From positions 1 to 31,826 of the forward strand of contig JAKMXF010000080.1 in NCBI GenBank assembly GCA_024704765.1: a stretch of 31,826 bases of DNA, written 5' to 3'. The position numbers and the translations under genes are program-made. The stretch is from Oopsacas minuta. Lineage: Eukaryota > Animalia > Porifera. How positions within the stretch are numbered: the first letter of the stretch is position 1; each line of letters opens with the position of its first letter. A model generated the notes under the pieces. That model searched no databases and was not told the DNA's origin. It saw nothing but the letters and a program-made list of their open reading frames with translations. Of this stretch, positions 1 to 12,475 are shown piece after piece.

Positions 1-148
1 AACTTGGGAAATAATTAAGTGATCAACTCTCTCTAAGTTTTGTTAGAAAGTTGAAATATGGTTCTATATAATTGCACTGAGAAATACTAGCTTAGAACTA
101 CTCTTTCATTAAAAATATACAGTGATTAGTATATATTGGATGCCCCTG
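1..148 (-). mobile_element. 5' terminal fragment of the DD34D mariner family (same family as 26489-27815), running off the window start
   Basis: Reverse complement closely matches 26489-26636; ends in TIR ...attggatgcccctg followed by TA (149-150). Confidence 0.9.
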
Positions 149-224
149 TAATAGTAAATATGCATCATTATTAAATTGTATTGACATAGTAATGTAATGG
201 GCCAAGGGTTTGTCTGCAGCACCA

Positions 225-261
225 TAGGTGGGCACTATAGTAAAAAGGTTGAGAACCCATT
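225..261 (+). mobile_element. Possible right end of a Charlie-type hAT MITE
   Basis: ggtgggcactatagtaaaaaggttgagaacc resembles the AAAAAGGTTGAGAACCACTG end of Charlie-type hATs; last bases degenerate. Confidence 0.35.
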
Positions 262-596
262 TTTTAAGTGATAACCACTGGAACACAAAATTATTTACAG
301 TAGAAATTAAATTTCATTGAAAAGAATTTCACAATTTCAAAAGATACTAAAATTTGATACATAATTTATTGCATGATTCTCTGTCAATACTTGGGATACA
401 ACAAAGCGCACTGAGTTTGCTAATTCAGGGAATTTAACAATGACATAGAACAACTTCCAAATAGGTATACTACTATAACAGCGAGGAGGGTCTCAAAAGG
501 CCTAAAACATCATCCAACCTGTACAAAATGACTAAAGCTGTAGAAAAATGTCTCACTCACAATTTCAACTTTAGTGTAATGTTCGAAACTACATTA

Positions 597-2660
597 CAGT
601 GATACTTGTCTTGTATGATTACATGGCGTTCCGACAAATGTGGTCGTATTAGACAGGTGGTCGTTGATCACAGGTTTGCTATAGCAGAATGTTTTTATCT
701 ATGCATTAACTATCTATCAATTCAATGTGTGCACTAATGTAATATTACAATGTTGCGAGTCATATATTGGAAATATTTTCATTTTACCTACTAATACGAA
801 TATGTTTGTTTTATTTGTAAACCAACTATATAGTATACTTTGCTTCAAGTTGGGTATCTTTAAATTCTCCACCAAATCTTCAGCCTTGATCATTATTTCA
901 AGGAGACTTTCTTCATTATTAGAAAGAGAAACTTCTTCAATTTTCCAATCATGACACCTGCTTCTGTCATGGAAATTACTTTATCTGACCTTTCTTTCTG
1001 ATCTTCATTACTATCCTCATTTTCATCACTGTATCTTTCTGAGTCATTTAAATCCACCCCTTTTGCTTTTTCTACAATCTCCGTTTCCCAGTCATCTCTA
1101 GAGGTAGCAAAGGTAGCCAAGTTATTATCAAATGTAGCAAATTGAGATAATGTTATGCCATCTAGAATAAACTCAGTTTCTCTCATAATCTCTTCAAAAG
1201 GTGAAGCCAAGATATCAGATTCTGAAGCCTCAATTTGCCTTTGGAAACCACACTTTGTGAAGCATTTTTGAATAGTGGTGATTGATAAGTTACTCCATAC
1301 ATCTTTAATCCATAGGATGGCATCCAAGATATTAACTAGCTTAACCAATTCAGAAGCAGTGTTACATGCTTCCATTCTGCTAATCAAGTGCCTTATCACT
1401 CTCTTCCTGTAGTTGATTTTCACAGATTGAATTATCCCAGCATCCATTGGCCGCAGCTTCGAAGTTGTATTGGGTGGCAGAAAAACCAATCTCAAATTGC
1501 TTGCCTCAACGTCAGGATGTGAACTACAATTATCAACAAAGATTAGAACATTCCTGTTTCCAAATCTGAATTTCTGGTTTGTTCTTTTCATCCAGTCTAC
1601 AAATATCTTAGATGTCATCCACACCTTATATTAGCTTCATAGTGGATCGTGGACCCCCAACATATCTTTGTGAATCCCTTTGAAACATCTTGGATTAAAT
1701 GATTTTCCTATCACAGGGGGTTTTAACCTTTCCCCTACTGCACTAGCACAAAAAAGGAAAGTCAAACGGTCTTTTGACTTTCCCATCTTTACAAGCATTA
1801 CCTTTCTCAACCATTGATCGATTGAGGATGCTTCTGAAGAACATGCCAGTTTCACCTACGTTGAATATGTATTAAGTGAGTATCCCTCGCACATTGAAGG
1901 GAGTCTTGTAGACCAATCAGATATAATATCGTCACTTACATCTGCAGCTTCGCCACTCAATACACAGCTTTTCCCACTGTAACGTTTTCTCCATGCTTCC
2001 AGCCATCAATTTGAAGCGTTAAAGCCATCTTCATTCCTTTCCTCGCTGAACATGAGAGCTTTCTCCTGAATCATCTTGGAAGTGATTGGAATGTTCTTAG
2101 ACTTCGCAATCGTAAACCACTCCAAAACTAACTCATTCACATCTTTGAATGCACAATTTCTAGTCCTAATATACTTTTTATCGCTACAACATACTCCTTG
2201 CTTCCATATTTCAATGATCTTTTCCTTATCTAAAATAATGCTCTGGATCTGTGTCTTTCCAACACCAAGACTCTCTGCTATACTCTTTGCTGTTTCCATT
2301 CCTTTCTCTCATCTCTCGATAACCTTTATACGCTCTTCTAATGACAGAATTTTTCTTTTTCTACTCGCCATTGATATATCCTAGTATTTGAATTTAAATA
2401 TATATAAATGTTGCCATAATGATCATGTAAATATTGATTCATTACTGGCTAAATATTGCATAAGTAATAGTTGTATAAATTTATGGTCGTTGGTTACAGG
2501 CAAATTTGACCTAAAACTGCAAATATGTGGTCGTTGGTCGCGTTCGACAAATAGTCGCTCATTGCAGGTCGGAATGGATGTAAACCATCCGTACCGGAGA
2601 GATCAGTCGCAAAGGCAGGAGGTCGCTCATGGCAGGGGTCCTACAATACAGGTACCACTG
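597..2660 (-). mobile_element. Full-length decayed Tigger/pogo DNA transposon
   Basis: TA-flanked imperfect TIRs (cagtgatacttgtcttgtatga vs revcomp cagtggtacctgtattgtagga, 18/22); repeated ggtcgt/ggtcgc subterminal motifs at both ends; internal transposase relic. Confidence 0.92.
893..2371 (-). pseudogene. Tigger (TIGD4/6-like) transposase pseudogene: CENP-B-type HTH domains plus DDE_1 domain
   Basis: MASRKRKILSLEERIKVIER*, ELVLEWF..AKSKNIPITSKMIQEKA, KSKDRLTFLFCASAVGE, WMTSKIF, LIFVDNCSSHP, FLPPNTTSKLRPMDAGII; broken by stops and frameshifts. Confidence 0.92.
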
Positions 2661-3290
2661 TACATATATGTCTATTGCCAAAAATTGCTTTAGTTTGCTA
2701 TAGTGTCGGTTTGCAAGAAATATGAATTTTTTTTAAGTGTATTTGCCATAATATCTGAACATATTTTCCAGATTAAGTCAATTTCAAGCATATTTGCCAA
2801 TAACTGAATTGACTGCAAGAATAATTAAATATTAAGTCATAGTTGCCACAATCATATATATTTCAACACAAATGGGTCACCATTCGTGTGGTTCATCACT
2901 ATCAAACAAAATACCAGGGATAAACACAAATAACTCAGGGATGTTAGATTCTAGGAACTTTACTTCTATTGATTGGAGTAGTTGAGATTCTACACAAAAA
3001 ATTGGAAGATTAAACATTTAACTCCAGATATATCAATACTAAAGAGACCTCAAAAATTTAGCGGATTTCATAATAAGTAATTAAATGAAAATTATGTTAC
3101 TCTGACGTTTAGGGGTCATATTTGCGCAATATAGATACTGGATATAAGCGGGTATTTCGATACAATTGCATGATACAACGGGAGTTGACAGTATTGTATT
3201 CAGAAAAGGTGATAAATGTATATAAAATATCATTTATGAACTATCTCGGAACTTTCTAATTAATATTATGAACTTTAATATTTGATTACA

Positions 3291-3669
3291 TAATGCAAAT
3301 GAGTGAAATGGAATAATTTGACATGTATTTGAAGGACTATGTCGCAACATTTGAAAGTGAGTGCTAATTGTTTGTACAGTCTTCTTTGCAAATTCTATGT
3401 ATCGAAAAGTGAAACTGATTAAGTATCACTCACATAGTTTAGCTAATCACAGATAGTTTGTTTGTAATGCAAATGAGTGAAATGTATTCATTTGTTTTGC
3501 ATTTCAGTGAGTATGTCGCAACATTTGAAAGTGAGTGCTAATTGTTTGTACAGTCTTCTTTGCAAATTCTATGTATCGAAAAGTGAAACTGATTAAGTAT
3601 CACTCACATAGTTTAGCTAATCACAGATAGTTTGTTTGTAATGCAAATGAGTGAAATGTATTCATTTGT
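3291..3669. repeat. 174-bp tandem repeat, about 2.2 units, truncated by the N at 3670
   Basis: taatgcaaatgagtgaaatg recurs at 3291, 3465 and 3639; most of the unit is identical between copies. Confidence 0.92.
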
Positions 3670-3670
3670 N

Positions 3671-4337
3671 ATTTGAGGATAAACTTTTACGAAGCATTGG
3701 TCGATAGTATGATTTCTGAGATTAATTCTCGCTTCCCCAATCAATTAATTAATTTTGCATTTTTGGATCCAAGGAATTTTGAAGCCATTGACGCAGAGGA
3801 AAATCTTCTAAAACTTGTTCATCAATACAAAAAAATATCTCCAGACCGTTTTATAGCTGAATGGAACCTAGCAAGGCATTTATAAAACAAGACACTCCTT
3901 TACTTGATGTTTATAACGAATTACTTCATTCATACACAGAACTCCGCTACATGTATCGAATATTATACACTGCCAGTGACTACAGCCCATGCAGAAAGAA
4001 GTTTTTCTAAATTGTCTTTGATTAAAACTAAGTTACGGTCTACAATGTGCGAAGATCGTCTGAATCATTGATGTTTTGCTCAATAGAGAAAGAAATTCTG
4101 CTTTCTCTAGATAATGAAGACCTCATTTCTAAGTTTGTATCCAATGGCAGATAGGAAATTACAATTATCTTAGTATGTGCTGTGTTGATTAGATTTCGAT
4201 AGACATCATTCATAGTATATTCATTAAAAATAAATTACGCGTAATATAATATATTAGTAATTAGGTTATTTGTTATGTTTAGTGTAATAAATAATTTTAA
4301 TTGCCCCCCCTTCCAACTATTCCTGGCTACGCCACTG
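3671..4337 (+). mobile_element. 3' half of a hAT element (Tip100/ZMYM1-like transposase), starting at the N gap
   Basis: Relic translation RINFYEALVDSMISEINSRF...LPVTTAHAERSFSKLSLIKTKLRSTMCEDRLNH (hAT C-terminal dimerisation domain, ends about 4173); right TIR tggctacgccactg 4324-4337; TSD cttgatat 4338-4345. Confidence 0.92.
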
Positions 4338-4345
4338 CTTGATAT

Positions 4346-4995
4346 GTCAGGAGAAGATAGTTGTATTCAAAGAGTATAATATCAAACGACATTACTCTAC
4401 TAAACATGCAGATACATTTGACACGCTTACAGGTCAGGTGATCCGTTTGGAACTGATGCCACTAATCTCCTGAAATATTCTAACTGGAACTAATTGAAAT
4501 ACAAAATAACTCGGTGAGAAAGAGAGCTTTTTCAGAGCATGGCCTTCTGAAATTTTATGGTCAATATGCTACATTGGATCTATTTCCTAATTTATCGCAA
4601 CACGCCCCTAGGTTCCTTTCCTTATTTGGCAGCACGAATTGCTGTGAACAGCTTTTCTCAATGATGAAAAATGCTAAAAGCAGGTCTAGATCACTCCTGA
4701 CAGACACTCATCTATCAGGAATATTACGGATTGTGACATAAGTGTACCAGCAGATATTGACTCTTTGTGTATACAAAAACAAAGTCAGATATCCCATTAA
4801 ATATGTTCTTTATCATTAAAGTTTACTATAATTTAATAATACATGTAGTGATTTTTCAATTCTGAAATAATCCCTATTAACGCCATCCCAAAGAAATATC
4901 ATCATGCTACCTTGATATATCCAATGTCGTGCGGCCCTCAAGTAGTTAAAGAAGCCCTCATTTGGCCCCAGAACAAAGAAGGTTGGATAAACATA
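4346..4995 (+). mobile_element. 3' part of an internally deleted SPIN/Charlie (GTF2IRD2-like) hAT element
   Basis: CQEKIVVFKEYNIKRHYSTKH zinc finger joined directly to C-terminal LELIEIQ...GLLKFY...FPNLSQHAPRFLSLFGSTNCCEQLFSMMK; degenerate right TIR aggttggataaacata 4980-4995 (12/16 to the TIR at 18540). Confidence 0.88.
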
Positions 4996-5708
4996 ATTTA
5001 TTGCATAGGTTACAAAGTATTTATGAATGAAAATTTCAATATTTTCATGACTAATTTGAGAAAATTCATACAAAAATCAAGAAAACGGAACTTGAAAAAT
5101 TGTGTAGTATAATATTCAACATCTTATGACGCTTGTAAATTGATTGGTTGATGAGATAATGAATTACAGTCCAACCAATTAAATCACAAGGTCAAAGGCA
5201 TGTAACAGAAAATTGAGAATAAGCGTCGCCATGAATACATAGAGTGTGACACATTGCAATCCAACCCAAGTGCTTTGTCCAGTATGATTCACTAAGTATC
5301 TGGACAAATCGGATTGTGGCATGTTCCGATGGAACTAAAATTTGGAAATCCCTTCAAAAAGCATTCAAGTATGCTAAAGGTTTCCTGTGGGGGCACATAT
5401 TATGTGGCAGATATGTACTATAATAAGTTACAAATTTGATAATCTAGAAAAAATTTAATGCTGATAAACACGAAATCATATAAGGAGCTACACTAAAAAT
5501 AACTTCATCCAAAGTCATAGACTTCATGCAGTTGCTACTCCAGTCACGAGTGATTTGAAGCATCTGTGCCTACCTATAATGATAATACGTGGAATCTCTG
5601 AAGAGAAGACTCAGCCATGCAAATAATATCACATACTCCCTCTTTATCATTATCTGCCTTGACAGATTATTCTCAGTGTTGGTAGTTCTTCAAATAAATA
5701 TCACCTTA

Positions 5709-7016
5709 CAGGGTGTCTAATAAGTTCTTTTATATATCAATTCCCCAATAATTTAAAATTTATCCATTGTAAAGCCATGAAACTTTCTATTTTCTTAGGA
5801 CTTATGTTCCTAGTTACACATTACAAATATCATTCAATATAGCCTCCCTTTTTATGAATTAAGGAAGTTAGTCTGCTCCGAAACTGATGGACACCTTTTC
5901 GCAGCTCCTCCTGTGAGATTTTCTGCCATTCACTCAACAAACTAACTTTGAGGGACTCCAAACTCTTGTGAGATTTCGCACAGGCCCTGCTCTTCAAGTT
6001 TGCTCAAACAGAATAGTCGAGTGGGTTTATATCTGTGCTTGATGGTGGCCATTCATCCTTACTTATGAAATCGATATTTTGCCCTCGGAACCAACCCTGG
6101 GATACTTTTGAAGCATGTGCAGGCCAGAGTCTTGTTGGTAAGTCCAAGGAAGGTTTTGAAAGAGCTTCTCACCAGCAGACGCAATTTCAGGCTCCAAGAC
6201 TAGCTCTCTGTCGGTCTGGGTGTTTATTTTCATTCCTTGGGGCCAAAAATCAGGTTTGTCCGTGAGTTTGGCAACACTCCTGCCCATACCATCAGAGAAA
6301 GAGGTTTCTGGACTCTATCAATGTACTTGATGCTATCTGGGATATCCTGAATTCTAGAAGCAAGTATACGGTCGTTTTGGCGATTGCTTGCCTCCTCAAC
6401 GGTGAACAGCTTCTCATCTGAGAAGAGAATCTTATCTTCAGTCCCAGGAGCGAATCGGGTTTTTAGTTGTATGCATCTTTCGAGTCGCTTACGACGTATG
6501 GAGTCGTTAAGATGATGTACGGTTTTCCTCTTATAGGATTTCATTCCTAGGTCCTCTACAATTAATTTCGTATCGTTTCGTGATTGACACAGAAATCACG
6601 AGACATTTTTCGCATTGAACGCCGGGGATTTCTCAGGATTCGACATCTAACACTATTCTTCAGGGCTGGTGTGCGGGCGGATCTTGGGCGACCAACTCGT
6701 TTCCTATCAGACACGCTCCCAATCTCTATAATCGTTTTATTGTGCGATAGATCAACATGGGATTGACTTTATCATTTTCTAGCCTTTTGAGAATTTCACT
6801 GTTGCCAAACCCAGATTCGTGAAAAGTGACAATTTTTGAACGAATTTCTTCCAACATGATTTTCTGGGAAAACATCAACACGAATGATATATACTTGGTA
6901 TAATTCGAAAGAGCGCCAAAAATGCTACAAGAAAATCTAGAAGATTACTTCATAAGTATATTAATAGCTACTGTCTAAGGCGCGAAAATGTATAACAGAA
7001 CTCATTAGACACCCTG
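5709..7016 (-). mobile_element. Full-length decayed Tc1/mariner of the maT (DD37D) type, element A
   Basis: TA-flanked 26-bp TIRs cagggtgtctaat(a/g)agttct(t/g)ttata (24/26); KILFSDEKLFTVEE, LMVWAGV, QQDS.PAH-37 aa-D (WPPSSTDINPLDY) after correcting one frameshift. Confidence 0.93.
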
Positions 7017-7890
7017 TAAGCAATACACCATCTTTTCAAACACATTGGCCTCACAAACCTTCAAGGACATAATCTGTGAACATTGGACGAATGCCCGATA
7101 GTGAAGACAATAATCATTGTTACAACAAGAGCAAATTTCCAGATTAGTAGCAATGACGAGACGTATATCTTGAAGCCCAGTTTGCCTTAAGATGTGTATA
7201 TGCAATATAATTATTAATAAACAGAATTAACTTTGTGAATATGTTCTCGTACAGCATTAATCAGTAAACTGGGTTGTATATAAATTTCACACCAACTGTG
7301 TTGCCAATTACCTTGTGACAGCACTAGTTAATATATGAATGCATGCGCCAGGTAATTTTTAATACCTCAAAAGTGGGTATATATACAAAAGTTGGTTCTT
7401 ATTTAGGGGTAAACCGGAACGTAGAATTCGATTTTACATTTCAAATGCCTAACAAGATTTTTAAAATTCAATTTTACCTTTCTTTGCTAAAATAGATATT
7501 TGGTAGAATAATAGTTTCAATAATCTAATAAATTAATTTGGTAAAATTTAAATCGGCACAGACGGTTATTTTAGGTTTATACCATTTTATCAAATTTAGT
7601 AATATTTCTATTTCTTTTTGACAAAGCTCCTCTACTTCATCTCTCAGCATGCTCAGTTCTAATATTAACCCGTCACGCTCTCTAGAGTAGATACTTCAGC
7701 AAAGTATTTCGCCTATTCTGACGCTGATACATCTTAGCTCTGTACAATATCTTCGCTTTAATTTGATTTTGTAATTCAGCTTTGGAATGGTTTAGACATT
7801 AGTTGTATTGTGTGGATTCCATTTCCTTATTTGAGTGAATTAACTTGATAAATTCTTAATATAATCACTTACGCATTTCAAATATATATA

Positions 7891-9215
7891 CAGATTGTCC
7901 CATAATTATTGCCCTAGCACCATTTAGTTTCATTTCATCAATATTTCTAAAATATCGTACAATTGTCTAGTTTTCTTTCATAAATTTATTGACCAACCAT
8001 ATTTAGTTAGTTAATTTGATACAACGACCTTCCTTATGCACTAGTCAAAGTAGTATATTTTTTATATCAGTAACAACAATCTAACAAGGTATGGATGTCC
8101 AGTTAGCTAAATTTGAGATTCGAAATCAAGCTCTTATCAGGTTATCAGAAGGTTTTTCCCAAAAGACTGTGGCTCAAAGATTTGGAAAAGATATTCGGAC
8201 AATTAGACGCTAATGGGCTAAACATAATCGAAATGAAAGCCTATAGCCAAAAAGGGTACAGGACCGCACAAAAAGCTAAACAGAATATCAAATAGAGTGA
8301 TCTCTACATCTTTAGAGAAAAGGTATAAATCAATCAGGGTATTCGCGTATAAACTTACAAGAATCGGCAATCCTTTCTCTAAAATCATTATCCATAGATA
8401 TTTGAAGCAGGACCTGGGAGCTTGGGCCTATAAGAGGACCAAATCTCCAAAATTGATCGAAAAACAAAAGAAACACGATTAAATCTTTGCCTGGAGAAAG
8501 AGTTTAGACAGTGATTGATTGGAAGCGAGTCCTGTGGTCAAATGAATCACCGTTTGAGGTATTTCATCCATCTAATCGACATAATGACAGGATCTGGCCA
8601 CATAGTAAGCTCAAGGTTCAAAATATTGAAACCATCAATTTTTTCACGCAAGTTATGGTTTGGGGAATGATGAGCTTCTAGGCTTTATCTGACCTTCACT
8701 TATTACCGCCAAAACAAACTGTGAGCGCAGATTATTATTTTAAAGAAATTCTAGAAAGACTTGCCTAAATGCACTTAACAGAAAACCCAAGAAGGACAAT
8801 TAATAGACTAGGAAATGTTACCAAACATGCCAAATTGTATTATCCAACAAGACGGAGCTCCTGCACATTCAGCCAAGAGAACACAAGATTGGTGTAAGGA
8901 CAATCTAAAATATTTTTGGAGGAAGGGAATTCCCAGACCAAAGTCCAATAGAAAATGTATGGGGAATACTCCAGGATCAACTTAATAGAAAGACACCTGT
9001 TACAGGATTGGAGGAGTTTAAAAATATGATAAAATCTGCATGGTCTAAGATATGTCCGAAAACTTTGGAAAAGTTATTAGAAGGCATGCCAATAAGAATT
9101 GAAAAATGTATATTACTAAAGGGTGGATATATAGGAAAGTAACAATATATCTAATTAATGATATTTGAATGTTATAGTCATTTACACAATAGGCCAATAA
9201 TCATGGGGCATCCTG
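7891..9215 (+). mobile_element. Full-length decayed Tc1-like element (DD37E type), element C
   Basis: TA-flanked TIRs cagattgtcccataattattgccct / revcomp caggatgccccatgattattggcct (20/25); relic about 8091-9142 with WSNESPFEVFHPSNRHNDRIW, VMVWGMMS, QQDGAPAH, PDQSPIENVW. Confidence 0.9.
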
Positions 9216-9249
9216 TATGCTTCTACATCTTCACAAATTATTTTTTATC

Positions 9250-9301
9250 CAGGAGCCCAATGTAGTAACTTGCACCAGGATCACACCTTAATACGGCCCT
9301 G
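9250..9301 (-). mobile_element. Short hAT-like terminus remnant
   Basis: Minus strand reads CAGGGCCGTATTAAGG, similar to CAGGGCCGGATTAAG hAT termini; no partner end found. Confidence 0.35.
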
Positions 9302-9414
9302 ATCATCAGAAATGACAGTATTATTTGTGGATGTAGCTACATACATTTATGCCAAATAGTACACACCAATGTATTATAAATACAGAAATTCAAGGAATAT
9401 AGGGATGAACTTAC

Positions 9415-9455
9415 TTGTCTGGGTTGACACATTTTTAGTAGTTGTCGTAGAACTT
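9415..9455 (-). CDS. Putative 41-nt internal exon of an unidentified host gene (R-SSTTTTKNVSTQT)
   Basis: Acceptor aattcaatttatAG, donor GTAAGT; phase 2 start matches the phase 2 end of the candidate exon at 9763-9839. Confidence 0.45.
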
Positions 9456-9762
9456 CTATAAATTGAATTTTTCAAAATTGTAATTGAGAATATAATGTGA
9501 ATCTATTTAGTATATACACTGCCTAGCAAAGTATTGGAACATCATAGCATCAGCACTTGTGACACAAGTGTGACAATGCGATAACATGTTGAAAAATGTG
9601 AACTATCTCCAATTTATGTAACAAAAGTGGCCTGTATATTGGTGCCATGTGTAGTTTTATCTCATCATTCAAATGCAAATTTTCAGAAAGTCTGCAAATA
9701 GTAGCACAAAGCGGTGATAGGTAGAATGTAAAACCAATTAGATAAAGGAGAATAACTCTTAC

Positions 9763-9839
9763 CTGTTTGAACAAACTGCTGTATTAACTTGGGCAGAGAT
9801 AGAGGTAGAGGGCTGACCCCAATAATGATAACTTGTTAC
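9763..9839 (-). CDS. Putative 77-nt internal exon of an unidentified host gene (VTSYHYWGQPSTSISAQVNTAVCSN)
   Basis: Acceptor attctctAG, donor CAG|GTAAGA; only frame 0 is open. Confidence 0.42.
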
Positions 9840-10213
9840 CTAGAGAATATTCGTAAATACGAAGTATAGTACTTATATCCTGAATGTATATCTAGGTGTG
9901 GTATTGTGAATTAGTAATTTTTTAAGTTAAACATGCGAACATGAATAAGAAGTTTGTTTGTGCCAGAATGATTTCAGGAAATCATTTCAAATAACTAATT
10001 AGCTCCGTTATATAAAGTTGAGCTGTATAGTACAGTTTAGGAAATCTGATAGTGGTGTATATACTTATAAAAAGGTATATACTTATATGGACTCCGTTAT
10101 TAGACTACATTAAATATAAGAACTATCCTGTCGAAACAGTCCTCACATACTCTTGCATAAGGTACACCGGTTTTAAAAAGTATTTTGATACTCATGAAGT
10201 TGTTCTTATAAGC

Positions 10214-10260
10214 CAGTGTTTCTCACCTGGGGGGCCATAGACGCTTTTTAGTGGGTCAAG
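10214..10260 (+). mobile_element. Left end of a Charlie-type hAT element
   Basis: cagtgtttctcacctggggggccatag resembles CAGTGTTTCTCAACCTGGGG termini. Confidence 0.45.
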
Positions 10261-10403
10261 GACTAGTAATCGAATCATATATTTATGTGTCAAAGAGTTT
10301 TGTATTATCATGAATTGTTATATCTTTGACAGTATTGTTTGGGAAAAGTCGTATATTATCCGCTATCAACTTATGTGTTAATAAATAGTATCTCTTTAGT
10401 ATA

Positions 10404-11290
10404 CAGGTTGTAACAAAAGTGTTCTCCCTCTGATTACTAGAAATCTCTTTAAGTAATAGAGATAAATTACATTGGATTCTCGTTAATACGTACACCAGGG
10501 ACGTCAAAATTCGTTCTCCTTATCCGGGTTACGTATTATCCTTACTAATCTACATAAAAAGGCATCGATGGGGACTGATAAAGCGTACAAATTTGTACTC
10601 CTTAACCGTGTTCGTATTAACGAGACTCTACTGAATATTCATTTGTGTATACAATCGCTCCCCATTTCTAGAACCATTTTAATTCTATTGGGCATGATTG
10701 CGAAATTTTCAAAAATCTCTGGTGTTAAGTCTTGCCATGCTAATTTCAGTTTTCCAATTAACTGGTCCCAATTGGCCTGGGCATTTTCGTTTATCTTCTA
10801 TTTCTATATAGCTCAAAGATTTTCAATTGAGTAACGATCTGGATAATTCCCAGGCTAATAAGCTTTCTCCCAAAACTTGTTTAGATTATTTCGACACCAC
10901 TCCTGAGTCATTTTTGCCGTATGAGCTGGAGAATCATGTTGCATAAAAATGAATTGGACATGTTTTCCAAAATTGTCCGCTCTGAAACATATCCGGTATT
11001 AGCAGTACGATTGATGACATGTCTACAAATCATTGCTAATATTTCAGACCTATATTATTTGGAATTTATAGTCTGTCCCTGCGGAATTATGTGGAGCCAG
11101 AGAGCCCTCGATGGGACATAAGTCTCCAGACCTGAATTTTATGAGGAGAATTCACTTACAAGATGCGTAGAACTAATGGCTTGCTTTACCCCAAACTCGA
11201 TCATTATGCGGATTAAGTGTTGCGTAAAACTCAAAAGGAGACTCATCATTTAGTGAAGTCTTATTGGATTCCATTTACTTCCTTCTAAAC
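10404..11290 (-). mobile_element. Old, 5'-truncated DD37E Tc1-like relic, element F (not visible in the ORF track)
   Basis: Minus strand: DESPFEF..LNPHNDRVWG, KIQVWRLMSHRGLSGLHIIPQGQTINSK, MQHDSPAHTAKMTQEWCRNNLNKFWEKAY*PGNYPDRYSIENL; TA plus TIR-like caggttgtaacaaaagtgttc at 10404. Confidence 0.8.
10470..10633. mobile_element. 164-bp Tigger-type MITE inserted just after the stop codon of element F
   Basis: 26-bp TIRs cattggattctcgttaatacgtacac / revcomp cagtagagtctcgttaatacgaacac (22/26); TA on the left, aa on the right. Confidence 0.75.
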
Positions 11291-11424
11291 ACGATAAATA
11301 CATAGATATGGACTATTATAAAATTGCGACCGCATATCCATTCTTTGACAACGGACAACCAAACAAACAGACAGACACCAATTGAGATGTAATTACCTAG
11401 ATTCTCATTGATTCTTCATCATTA

Positions 11425-12474
11425 CTGGGGCATTCAATAAATACTAATCGTGCCATACTAAAACTATAAATACTTGTGTAAAGTTGTTACTTTTGTTATG
11501 AATGTTCAAAATAGTCTCCTTTATACGCTACAACTGAATTTAACCTTTTAATCTAATTTTCAAAGGTCTTTCTGTACTCATTCTTGGGTATAACTTTAAG
11601 GTATCTCTAAATTGCCCGACCAAGGCTGAACCGATCAGCAAATTCGCGTCCGGAGTGGTTATCTTTGAGTTTTCTAAACAGCCAGAAGTCACATGGGGCT
11701 ATATCAGGGGAGTAAAGTGGATGGGGAACTTCGTGCAACGCATATCCTTAATTTTTGCCTTACAGCCAAAGATTTATGCGTCTAGCATTATCGTGCAAAA
11801 TTTTGAGACCACGAGTTCCAGTCTTTGGACGACACTTAAGACGATGCTTTTCGACCTCAGGCAACACCACATCTGCGTAAAATTGTCCCTTGAGTGTCTG
11901 ACCTTTGGGAACAGGGATTTGAGCTACAGGACCTAGGCCATCGAAAAATATGCAGTACAAGACCTTCGGGGCACGGAAGTCAGACACACAAACAGCTGGG
12001 GTACCTCTCCCTTGTTTAGCCATACCCTCCCATCTTGCTTTCTGATCAGTGGTTTGAATTGTATCCATGTTTCATCTCCAGTAACTATCTCTAATAACCG
12101 CCTAGGGTCACCTCCTTCATAAATTTCAAGGTTTTCCTTAGCCATTTGGAATCTCGCGGCCTTTTGTGGAAAAGTTAAGCAATGTGGTACCCATCGCACT
12201 TGGACCTTCCTCAGTTCTAAATCCGCCTTTAGAATTGTGGGTGCACTTCCCGTTGAAATGCCTATATAGTTAGCTACCCCCTCAACCGAAGAATGCGGGG
12301 AAGACACGACATATTCCTTTACTTCACTCAATTTGTCATTGTTGGTCGCCAGTTTTGGTGCTCCAGGACGAGGGGCGTCTTGGACAGAGGTCCTACCTTC
12401 CCTAAATAGGTTCACCCACCTTCTGACAGTTGAATACGATAAAGTATCTTCTCCACATAACGTTGCCAACTAGT
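11425..12474 (-). mobile_element. DD34D mariner copy lacking its 5' end, cut by the N at 12475
   Basis: TA plus TIR ctggggcattcaataaatactaatc; TVRRWVNLFREGR, EIVTGDETW, ILHDNAR, YSPDIAPCDFWLF; near-identical to 26489-27815. Confidence 0.93.
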
Positions 12475-12475
12475 N

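Noticed and set aside
510-525. caacctg-TA as the missing 5' TIR of element F
   Set aside because: Only the last 9 bases match; no Tc1 N-terminal coding relic precedes it.
7005-7205. Minus-strand ORF with CCNNDYC, resembling the Ly6/uPAR C-terminal CCxxDxCN motif
   Set aside because: Lacks the final Asn, the other cysteines and convincing splice sites; it ends inside a TIR.
7590-7800. Minus-strand coiled-coil-like peptide (RERDGLILELSMLRDEVEELCQKEIEILL)
   Set aside because: Short, frame-broken, no recognisable family or splice signals.
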